From Lentisphaeria bacterium (GTDB taxonomy: Bacteria; Verrucomicrobiota; Lentisphaeria; JABSQK01; JAWLHB01), in the NCBI GenBank assembly GCA_041690595.1, contig JAWLHB010000028.1, positions 62,001 to 104,562 on the forward strand: DNA of 42,562 nt, in the 5' to 3' direction. This document shows positions 20,210 through 28,282 of the stretch, in pieces (position 1 is the first letter of the stretch; the number at the start of each line of letters is the position of its first letter). The notes beneath the pieces are model-generated. The model was not told the DNA's origin, ran no database searches, and saw only the letters and a list, made by a program, of their open reading frames with translations. A program made the position numbers and the translations under genes.

Positions 20210-22117
20210 GTGAAATTCGGTAAGAAATCAAAAGACGAGACGCCAAAAAACGAGATGGCAGAGCCGACCGAAATGGATGCGGGGCACGAGGAGGCAGGCG
20301 TCGATCCGTCCTCCATCTGTGACGATTTTCTGCGCAACGGCATGACCGGCGACAAGTACCGGATGCATGGCCAGATCGGGCAAGGCGGGATGGGAACCGT
20401 CTTCAAGGTTTTCGATGAAGGGTTGAAGCGGACGACCGTCCTCAAGGTGCTGTCGCCGGAGATGATGGACAATCCGCAATATCTCAAGCGCTTCGTCGAT
20501 GAAGCCCGGATCACGGGGCAGCTGGAGCATCCCAATATCATACCCGTGCACGATATCGGGGTGGTGGATCGATCCAGAATCTACTTCTCCATGAAGTATA
20601 TCGAAGGGGAAGAACTGGGCGGAATCCTGCGCCGCCTGCGCCGCGGCGATGAAGATGCAGCCAAACGCTATAGCCTCTATTCACTGCTGACCATCTTCCG
20701 CAAGGTCTGTGACGCTGTCGCTTTTGCGCACTCGCGCGGCGTCATACATCGCGACATCAAACCCGACAATATCATGGTCGCCAAGTACGGCGAAGTGATG
20801 CTCGTTGATTGGGGACTGGCGCGGCCGGAAAACGCCCACGACCGCGATACGTGGCCCGAGGGAGACATGATCACCGCCATGAACGATACCTCCAGCCTGA
20901 AGACCCGCGACGGGATGATTAAGGGGACGCCTGCCTACATGGCGCCCGAGCAGGCCAGCGGGCAGGTCGGCCTGGTTGACCGGCGCACGGATATTTTCCT
21001 TCTGGGGTCGACTCTGTATGCCATTGCGACGCTCCACCCTCCGTACACTGGCGACAATATCTACGACATTCTCGACAATGCCGAAGCCGGGGTCTTTCAA
21101 GCGCCGGGCCAGCGGGCGCCCGAGCGGCAACTGCCCGAGGAACTCTGCCGCATCATCATCCGCGCCATGGCACTCGATCCCGATGAGCGCTATCAATCGG
21201 TGGAGCGGCTGTCGGAGGATCTGGATGCCTTACTCGAAGGTCGCACCGTCTCGATCCACAAGCGCTTCCTGGCTGGAGAAGTCCTCATGAAGGAAGGCGA
21301 TCACGGCGATGAAGCCTACGTTATCGTTTCGGGCGAAGTGGAAGTGTTGAAAACGATCCGCGGGCAGGATGTGGCGGTCGTCACCCTCCGAGAGGGGGAT
21401 ACAGTGGGTGAGATGGCGATGATTTCCAATGCCCCGCGATCCGCAACCGTTCGCGCCACCCGGAATACGGATGTGGTCGTCATAACCGAAGATCTGATCA
21501 CCCAAGGGCTTGCCAAGTTGCCGCCATGGATGGGGAAAACCGTGGAAGCGGTGGTCGATCGCCTGCGCGCGGCGACATCGCAGATTCACCCGTTAGCGGC
21601 TGGTGACTGCACCTATCATGTCGTTAACCAGCTTCGCCTCCTCTATCCATACTGGGGATGTCCGGTTCATGTGCCGGAGGGGGGGCAACGCATCGCACTG
21701 CCGCTCGAGGCGACCGTGCTCGAAATCGCCATCACGCTCTGCCTCGATAAGGATCGTGTGGCTGAACTTCTGTCGCGGCTGCTCGACGCCCGTCTGGTGC
21801 TCCCGCTCGAAGGTGGCACCATCCATATCCCTCATTATCAGCTCTTCTGCGACTTTGTCGCCTTTGCGCGCCAGAAATGCCACGTCGAGTCTCCACTCTG
21901 GCGCTCTTCGATGTCCACGCTTTACGCGAGTGCGAATCAACTGGCCCTTTCGCAGGTCCTGGATGAATCCGGGGCGGAGAGCGACGAAGTGGCGGAGGTA
22001 CTGGCTCCCGATGTTCAGGAACTGCTCGGTTGTGAAACGCCGGACGAGCTGGCCGACTGCTTTGAATCCATCTTCAGCAACCTGCAGCAGCAGGTCGGCA
22101 GCCAGAGCGGGGGGTGA
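20210..22117 (+). CDS. Ser/Thr protein kinase fused to a cyclic-nucleotide-binding domain and a CRP-like winged helix
   Basis: IGQGGMGTV, HRDIKPDN, DWG, GTPAYMAPE; AGEVLMKEGDHGDEAYVIVSGEVEV, GEMAMISNAPRSATVRA; EIAITLCLDKDRVAELLSRLLDARLV...IHI. Confidence 0.88.
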   Translation: MKFGKKSKDETPKNEMAEPTEMDAGHEEAGVDPSSICDDFLRNGMTGDKYRMHGQIGQGGMGTVFKVFDEGLKRTTVLKVLSPEMMDNPQYLKRFVDEARITGQLEHPNIIPVHDIGVVDRSRIYFSMKYIEGEELGGILRRLRRGDEDAAKRYSLYSLLTIFRKVCDAVAFAHSRGVIHRDIKPDNIMVAKYGEVMLVDWGLARPENAHDRDTWPEGDMITAMNDTSSLKTRDGMIKGTPAYMAPEQASGQVGLVDRRTDIFLLGSTLYAIATLHPPYTGDNIYDILDNAEAGVFQAPGQRAPERQLPEELCRIIIRAMALDPDERYQSVERLSEDLDALLEGRTVSIHKRFLAGEVLMKEGDHGDEAYVIVSGEVEVLKTIRGQDVAVVTLREGDTVGEMAMISNAPRSATVRATRNTDVVVITEDLITQGLAKLPPWMGKTVEAVVDRLRAATSQIHPLAAGDCTYHVVNQLRLLYPYWGCPVHVPEGGQRIALPLEATVLEIAITLCLDKDRVAELLSRLLDARLVLPLEGGTIHIPHYQLFCDFVAFARQKCHVESPLWRSSMSTLYASANQLALSQVLDESGAESDEVAEVLAPDVQELLGCETPDELADCFESIFSNLQQQVGSQSGG

Positions 22118-22226
22118 GGTGCTGAGCCCCAGGATTCGCTGCGCATTGCGCATTACCAGGCATGGCGACGTGTCCTGTCGCGCTGCGAACTTTAATTGCT
22201 CGGCCAAAATATTTTACCTGAAGCCC

Positions 22227-22255
22227 TTGAGATAGTAAATGGTAATTCATAGACT
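22227..22255 (+). promoter_or_regulatory. Sigma70-type promoter of pilin copy 1
   Basis: TTGAGA-N17-TAGACT; AT-rich palindrome AAAATATTTT just upstream (22206-22215). Confidence 0.6.
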
Positions 22256-22338
22256 GTACTCAGAACTTGGGAATGCGTAGCCTCAGGCTAGCTGGACCCA
22301 ACCAAAAAGAGTTAACCAAATCCTCAAGAGGAACCACC

Positions 22339-22842
22339 ATGAAGAATCGCAAGAAAGGTTTCACCCTGATCGAGCTGCTGGTCGTCGTGGCGATTATCGC
22401 CATCCTGGCCGGAATGCTCCTGCCCGTGCTGAGCAAGGCCCGTGAAAAGGCCCGTCGCGTCAATTGCGCTGGTAACCTGAAGCAGATCGGTCTCGCTCTG
22501 CTCATGTACTCCGGTGACTTCGACGGCTTCTTCCCGAACCCCAACGACCTGACTGCGCCGCCTGCGAACAACTTCGAGCCATTGGCTTCCGGCAACTACG
22601 TCCAGGACGGCAAAGTCTGGGCATGCCCGAGCCGCAGCGAAGTGCTGACGCTGGCCTCGTACTCCGCCTACCGTTACATCGGTTCCGGTCTGAAAGATGA
22701 CAACTCCGATGCTACCGGCAACACGCTGGCTTACGACACCACGATGAACCATCCCAACAACGACTGGTCGAATGCTCTGTTCATCGACGGTCACGTTGAA
22801 GGTGGCAATCCGCGTAACAAGGACTTCGCGAAGAATAACTAA
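22339..22842 (+). CDS. Short type IV pilin-like (DUF1559-type) protein, tandem copy 1 (167 aa)
   Basis: [59 protein letters not shown]. Confidence 0.93.
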   Translation: MKNRKKGFTLIELLVVVAIIAILAGMLLPVLSKAREKARRVNCAGNLKQIGLALLMYSGDFDGFFPNPNDLTAPPANNFEPLASGNYVQDGKVWACPSRSEVLTLASYSAYRYIGSGLKDDNSDATGNTLAYDTTMNHPNNDWSNALFIDGHVEGGNPRNKDFAKNN

Positions 22843-22869
22843 TTCTCGCATGGTTCTTGTCTAGGTTCT

Positions 22870-22903
22870 GGCGAGGAGACTTCGGTCTCCTCGCCTTTTT
22901 TTT
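22870..22903 (+). terminator. Intrinsic terminator after pilin copy 1
   Basis: GGCGAGGAGAC-TTCG-GTCTCCTCGCC-T8. Confidence 0.95.
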
Positions 22904-22923
22904 AAAAGATCTTCTTCTTCATC

Positions 22924-22952
22924 TTGCAATCGAAGGGAGCAATTGCTATGAT
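22924..22952 (+). promoter_or_regulatory. Sigma70-type promoter (extended -10) of pilin copy 2
   Basis: TTGCAA-N17-TATGAT with TGn directly before the -10. Confidence 0.7.
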
Positions 22953-23028
22953 GCTGCTTAGCGTATGAGTATCGCGGACCTAAGGCTCAACGCAAACAAC
23001 ATCAAAACTCTCCAAAGGAGAAGAACGC

Positions 23029-23547
23029 ATGAGAAGTCGCAAGAAAGGTTTCACCCTCATCGAGCTGCTGGTCGTCGTGGCGATTATCGCCATCCTGGCC
23101 GGAATGCTCCTGCCCGTGCTGAGCAAGGCTCGTGAAAAGGCCCGTCGTGTCAATTGTGCCGGCAACCTGAAGCAGATCGGTCTCGCTCTGCTCATGTACT
23201 CCGGTGACTTCGACGGCTTCTTCCCGCAAGTCAACTTGAGGTACGAAGACGCAGCCAACCTGGTCGCGTCGAACAACTTCGAGCCGCTGGCAGAAGGCAA
23301 TTACATTCAGGACGGCAAGGTCTGGGCATGCCCGAGCCGCAGCGAAGTGCTGACCATGGCTCACTACTCGGCCTATCGTTACATCGGTTCGGGTCTGAAA
23401 GACGACAACTCCGATGCCACCAGTAATACGGTGGCCCACGACATGACCTTGAACCACCCGAACAACGACTGGTCGAACTCGCTGTTCATCGACGGCCACG
23501 TCGAAGGTGGCAATCCGCATAACAAGGACTTTGCGAAGAACAACTAA
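23029..23547 (+). CDS. Short type IV pilin-like (DUF1559-type) protein, tandem copy 2 (172 aa)
   Basis: [57 protein letters not shown]. Confidence 0.93.
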   Translation: MRSRKKGFTLIELLVVVAIIAILAGMLLPVLSKAREKARRVNCAGNLKQIGLALLMYSGDFDGFFPQVNLRYEDAANLVASNNFEPLAEGNYIQDGKVWACPSRSEVLTMAHYSAYRYIGSGLKDDNSDATSNTVAHDMTLNHPNNDWSNSLFIDGHVEGGNPHNKDFAKNN

Positions 23548-23575
23548 TTCTCGCACTGGTTCTTGTCTGTGTTCA

Positions 23576-23607
23576 GGCGAGGAGGCTTCGGTCTCCTCGC
23601 CTTTTTT
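23576..23607 (+). terminator. Intrinsic terminator after pilin copy 2
   Basis: GGCGAGGAGGC-TTCG-GTCTCCTCGCC-T6. Confidence 0.93.
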
Positions 23608-23718
23608 GTACCCATTCAGTGGCATTGTGAGCCCTGCGTGAAGCAAGGCGCGAGGAGGGGTGTATAGTGACGGTGTCGGCGACATCACCTGAGCGTTTGC
23701 GGGAAGACGGGAGAGACT

Positions 23719-25584
23719 ATGGAGCAATGGATCCAAGGGCTTGGCAACGGCATGGTGGGAATGCTGGTGGTGCTGAGTATGCTCGCGGGAGCATCGGCGG
23801 TCGGCAGTGTGATGCTGCGCCTCTGCCAGGTTCGGGTACGACGCCATCCGATCGATGCCGTGCTGGTCGCGACCATGATTGGACTGGCTTTGATCACCTG
23901 GGGAGTGGGGGCCATCGGCTGGCTCTGGCTTCCGGGCCCCAAGGGGAGTGTGCTGCTGAGTGTTGTGCTGGGATTGGCTGGTGCAGTTGCTGTGGCTGTG
24001 CGGCACCGAGAATGCATCAGCATGCTGCGCCATCTTCTTCATCGTCCGGGGGTGCTTTTCCTGATCCCGCTGCTCATGTTGCCCCTGGGAAAAGCGCTGG
24101 CTTACCCGGTTGGCTGGGATGAGCTTGTCTATCATCTGGCAATACCCATGCGCTGGCTGGCCGACGGCAAGGCAATTGTTTATTCGGATATGCCCTATTC
24201 GGCGTTGCCGAGCGGGCTGGAACTGGTGAATGTCCTGATGCTCGGGGCGGGCGGGATCACTGCTCCCGGCGCGCTCAACTATCTTCTGTGGCTCGTGTGT
24301 GCGGCGCTGCTGTATCGCCTCCTGCGATCCACGGCGTCCCGACTGACATCGGTAATTGTGACCGCGGTACTGCTGTACACGCAGGTTATGCTGATGCTGG
24401 CGTTGGAAGTTTATGTCGAGATGCCGATGGCCGCGTGTCTGCTGGCGGGATTGATGATTCTGCGGCACGAGCGGGGACGCCTTGCCATCAAGGTGTGTGT
24501 GCCGGTGGCGCTGCTATGTGGTTTTGCCAGCGCGATGAAACCAACCGGGGTGCTGCTGGCGCCTGCCCTCCTGATCGTGGCTTGGCGGCTGCTGAAACCT
24601 TTGACATTTTCCCATATCTGGCGTGTGTTGATCGTCTCGGGCCTTGTTTTTCTGGTCGTGATCCTGCCTTTCTTCATGCGACCGTGGGTGGCCACCGGCA
24701 ATCCGCTTTATCCCTATTATGCTTCAGTCTTCACCCCCATGCAGGATGCGACACTGCAGATGAGTGACTATTATCACCAGGGTTCGATATTGTATGGACT
24801 GGAGGGCTGGTGGACGTTGCCGATCAGTCCGTTCGCGTTAGGATGGATGCGCGCGGAGTACGATGGCACCTATGGGTATCAATGGCTCATCATCCTTGCT
24901 GTGCTCCTGTGCAGCATGGTCTGGAAGCGGCAAATATCGGAGATGACGATCGCCGGTGCGCTCTGCTTTTTCGTTTGGTTCGCAACCGCGCAGCAGGCCC
25001 GATTCGCGCTGTCGGCTGTTGTTCTGCTGTGGCTCGCCGGCGGCAGGGCGATCGGGCAACTGCGAGGTTGGTATCGCCATTCCGTGCTGGCCGCCCTGGC
25101 GGTTGGCGCGATCTTCAGTGTGGGCTCCAGCTATTGGCATCGCAGTCTGATCCACTGGAAGACGGCGCTCGGCGCCATTTCAACCGCCGACAATCTCTAC
25201 CGATGGACAGGCTCAGGTTACCTGCCCATCGCCGATGCCGTTTCTGTATACACGGAGCCCGATGCGTGTATTCTCATGCTCTTCGAGCATCGAACGCTCT
25301 ACATACCGCGACAGGCGCGAATCGGCACCCCATTCTGGCAGGATGCGGTATTCATGCCGCCTGAGCAATACTCCGGCGTGGAGGCATTTGTTGAGGAATT
25401 GCACCGCGCTGAGGCTGATTATGTCGTATTGGGCTTTACCTGGCTGGATCCCGATCGAGTGCCTGCCTATCTTCAGCGATCGCAGGCGCTGCTCTATACA
25501 GCGCTCGAGGCGATAGGCAGTGGCGCTCTCGAGGTCGTCTACAGGGACAGTACGCACATGTTGCTGAGGGTTCGAGAACCATGA
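23719..25584 (+). CDS. Polytopic membrane GT-C-fold glycosyltransferase (ArnT/PMT/GT39-like)
   Basis: Many TM helices; first-loop motif WDELVYHLAIP..W; GFASAMKPTG; WVATGNPLYPY; QQARF; soluble C-terminal domain. Confidence 0.72.
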   Translation: MEQWIQGLGNGMVGMLVVLSMLAGASAVGSVMLRLCQVRVRRHPIDAVLVATMIGLALITWGVGAIGWLWLPGPKGSVLLSVVLGLAGAVAVAVRHRECISMLRHLLHRPGVLFLIPLLMLPLGKALAYPVGWDELVYHLAIPMRWLADGKAIVYSDMPYSALPSGLELVNVLMLGAGGITAPGALNYLLWLVCAALLYRLLRSTASRLTSVIVTAVLLYTQVMLMLALEVYVEMPMAACLLAGLMILRHERGRLAIKVCVPVALLCGFASAMKPTGVLLAPALLIVAWRLLKPLTFSHIWRVLIVSGLVFLVVILPFFMRPWVATGNPLYPYYASVFTPMQDATLQMSDYYHQGSILYGLEGWWTLPISPFALGWMRAEYDGTYGYQWLIILAVLLCSMVWKRQISEMTIAGALCFFVWFATAQQARFALSAVVLLWLAGGRAIGQLRGWYRHSVLAALAVGAIFSVGSSYWHRSLIHWKTALGAISTADNLYRWTGSGYLPIADAVSVYTEPDACILMLFEHRTLYIPRQARIGTPFWQDAVFMPPEQYSGVEAFVEELHRAEADYVVLGFTWLDPDRVPAYLQRSQALLYTALEAIGSGALEVVYRDSTHMLLRVREP

Positions 25585-25585
25585 T

Positions 25586-28282
25586 ATGCACTGCAAGCCA
25601 TCCCGAGATCGCGTCATGAACCGCGTTGCCGACATCGTACTGCATGGCTATATCTGGTTGCTGGCGGGACTCATTCTGTTTAGCTATCCGCTGGGGCTGA
25701 TTCCCGCCTCCGTTCGACTGGACTCGCCGGTTGTGCGAATCGGCATGATAATGGCTGGCGTCGTGCTTGCCTCCGGCGCCTGGATGTTTCGGCAGCTTTC
25801 GACGCGACGATATGTGGTCATCAGCGGCTCAGGATTGCTACTGCTTTTCGCTGGATTGTTTCTGCCGCCGGGTCTGAACGGCAGCGCCAACTATCTGGTC
25901 CTGCCGGCGGCCTATCTTGCCGGAACGTGGGGTGTTGTGTGCCTGGCGCTGGTGAGCTTTCGCTTGCCGAGATGGTGGTGGCCGCTGGCGCTGATCTTTC
26001 TTGTGGCGGTTGGTTGGCAGCCATTGCGTCCGCGGATCGATGCATTCTCCGCGGTGGAAATGCTGGCATTGGTTGCGGCGCCGCTGGCTGTTGCGTCTGT
26101 CATGCGCTGGCGGCCGACGCTGGTGCGCATGGTGGTCGCCGCCTTGGCCCTATTCTGGCTGTTATCGCTGGTGAAGGGCATGGATCAGTGGATTCGCGGG
26201 CAGGAGGTGATCGGTTTCGCGATGAATCGCAACTGGTTTGCCACGGCACTTCTGGCCACGGCGCCATGGGTGCCGCACGCGCTGCGCGAGTGGTGCTCGA
26301 TGTCGATCCAGTCCTGGCGTTGGCGGGTATCGGCCGCGGCGGTGAGTGTGATGACACTTCTGCTGGTCTATCAATGCGAGAGCCGGGCAGCCTGGCTCGC
26401 ACTTATCTGCTACGGGCTGCTGCTGCTTTTCTGGAAATGGTCGCGCTCGCGACAGCGGTTGATTCTGGGCGCGACCCTGCTGCTGGCCGTCTTCGCGGCG
26501 GTGATTCTCTTTCGGGCGGAGGTGGGCACCGCGATGGAGAGGGACATTCGCCTTCCGCTCTGGAAGGGGACATTGCGGCTGATTGCCGATCAACCCGCCA
26601 TGGGCGTTGGCCCAGGCAGGTATGTCGAGGAACAGATTCTGCGTCTGGATGAATCCTATCACCGCCGATTGATGGCGGCGCCGCTCGTCTCGCATCCACA
26701 CAATGAGCTTCTGCATGTGGCCGCTGCCGCGGGCGTTGTGCCGGCGTTGGCCTGGCTGCTGCTGATGGTGTCCGTTCTCCGGCGGTTTCCGTCTGAGGAC
26801 GATTCCGTGCATCTGGCGAGATTCGGTGCGTTTGTCCTGCTTCTGCACGGGATGCTGGACATGGTGCTTGTGCAGCCGCCGGGCAGCATTGTTGCGTTTG
26901 TCCTGATCGGGATGGTCTGGATGCCGCGAACAGGCGCCGTGGTATTTCCGGCGCGTTGGATGCGGGCGCTGCCGGGGCGTGTGCTGGTGGGGCTGCTGAT
27001 CGCGGGCGCCTTGGTCTGGAGTGTGGCCGAGACGAGCCGGCAGCTGGGATGGGGATGGCACTTCCGACGCGGACATCAGTATCTGCAGATTCAGGATCTT
27101 TCGACGGCGCTGACCCATTTCAGAACGAGCACCAGGATACAGCCGGAGCGCGTCGCGGGTTGGTACGCCAAGGCAACGGTCGAGATCCGGAATCAGCAGG
27201 CGGAGCAGGCGCTGGAGAGCCTTGATCAGGTGGTTCAGCTGAACAGGAATTACGCGCACGTGCATCGTCTTCGCGGCAACACGCTTCTCCGGCTTGGGCA
27301 GGCGGAGGACGCAATGGAGGCCTATCGATCCGATCTTGCCCTGCATCCGAACAGCCTGGCAACGCTGCTCAACTATTATACCGCTGCATTTGCTGCTAAC
27401 AGAGCTGGTCAGGCTGGGGCCATTGCCGGACATGTGCGCGCTGTCAGTGGTGGCTGGTTGCGCCAGTTGCATGGCGAGCGAGGAGAGCGTCTCCGGGAAG
27501 AGTGGCAGGCGGCTGTCTCCGGCGGCGACGTCGCGCGGGCCGTCGACCTGGCAAACCGCTTGACGGATCACCCAAATCTGCGGTTGCAGATGGCGGATCC
27601 ACTGCTCTACACTACCGCTGTGGGGGGCGAGTTTCCCGGTAATTATGTCCATGGCACCTATGCGGCTGCCGACGTTGCCGGTTGGCGCGCGCATAGGCTT
27701 CGGGCCGAGGTAATCGGTTCAGCCGGCGCCAGTGTCGAGTCCGTCGGCCAGCTCGTGCGACACTTCGCGAGCCAGGTGGCCGTGGCGCCGGAGGCCAACG
27801 TTGCCTTGCCAGAGGAGGTCTGGCTGGAGGCAAAGGGGCAGCTTCGGGATATTCATGCTTCCCTGGCCTGGCTGATGAACGGGATCGAGGGGGTGCAGGC
27901 GCTCACCTATTGCCCTGAGGCGAAGACCGAGGAGTGGGCTGTCTACGCTCTCCTGCCGAGCCACCTGCTTCTGCGATGCGATCCGAAAAACGGCATCGTG
28001 AAGGCGGTTTCGTCCAGCGACGTACCGGCGGATTTCGGCATGGTCGCCCGCCTGGTGATACATCCCGCTGACTTTTTCATGCGGAACCAGATTCTCTACA
28101 TTGCACTAGGTTCCTTTGGTGCCGGTGACCACTGGCTGCGCAAGGAATGGCCATTGGTCAGAACGATCGAGACGCTGCAGCGGTTTGCAGCGCTGGCTAA
28201 ACCGATTAACGTACAAGCTCGTCTTGACGAAGCCTCCCTGATCGAATTCAACCGACGTCTGCAACAGCGACCGGCAGAATGA
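25586..28282 (+). CDS. O-antigen ligase family (Wzy_C; WaaL/PglL-like oligosaccharyltransferase) protein with TPR repeats, paralog 1
   Basis: NRNWFA, ESRAAWLAL, RLPLWKGTLRLIADQPAMGVGPG, HPHNELLH, HGMLD; TPR region ~27050-27400; alternative start 25616. Confidence 0.85.
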   Translation: MHCKPSRDRVMNRVADIVLHGYIWLLAGLILFSYPLGLIPASVRLDSPVVRIGMIMAGVVLASGAWMFRQLSTRRYVVISGSGLLLLFAGLFLPPGLNGSANYLVLPAAYLAGTWGVVCLALVSFRLPRWWWPLALIFLVAVGWQPLRPRIDAFSAVEMLALVAAPLAVASVMRWRPTLVRMVVAALALFWLLSLVKGMDQWIRGQEVIGFAMNRNWFATALLATAPWVPHALREWCSMSIQSWRWRVSAAAVSVMTLLLVYQCESRAAWLALICYGLLLLFWKWSRSRQRLILGATLLLAVFAAVILFRAEVGTAMERDIRLPLWKGTLRLIADQPAMGVGPGRYVEEQILRLDESYHRRLMAAPLVSHPHNELLHVAAAAGVVPALAWLLLMVSVLRRFPSEDDSVHLARFGAFVLLLHGMLDMVLVQPPGSIVAFVLIGMVWMPRTGAVVFPARWMRALPGRVLVGLLIAGALVWSVAETSRQLGWGWHFRRGHQYLQIQDLSTALTHFRTSTRIQPERVAGWYAKATVEIRNQQAEQALESLDQVVQLNRNYAHVHRLRGNTLLRLGQAEDAMEAYRSDLALHPNSLATLLNYYTAAFAANRAGQAGAIAGHVRAVSGGWLRQLHGERGERLREEWQAAVSGGDVARAVDLANRLTDHPNLRLQMADPLLYTTAVGGEFPGNYVHGTYAAADVAGWRAHRLRAEVIGSAGASVESVGQLVRHFASQVAVAPEANVALPEEVWLEAKGQLRDIHASLAWLMNGIEGVQALTYCPEAKTEEWAVYALLPSHLLLRCDPKNGIVKAVSSSDVPADFGMVARLVIHPADFFMRNQILYIALGSFGAGDHWLRKEWPLVRTIETLQRFAALAKPINVQARLDEASLIEFNRRLQQRPAE

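Larger units (their letters stand above)
22348..23607 (+). repeat. Tandem duplication of pilin gene + 3' UTR + terminator (period ~690-705 bp)
   Basis: 22348-22536 vs 23038-23226: 183/189 nt identical; 3' halves, UTRs and terminators also align. Confidence 0.95.

Noticed and set aside
22339..23547. Pilin pair as a DGR template/variable repeat
   Set aside because: Differences are not adenine-specific, include an indel, both copies look expressed, and no reverse transcriptase is in the window.
23002..24468. 488-aa minus-strand ORF and other long antisense ORFs (26162-27694, 30810-31901, 34612-36090)
   Set aside because: They lie opposite well-supported genes; long shadow ORFs are expected at this GC content.
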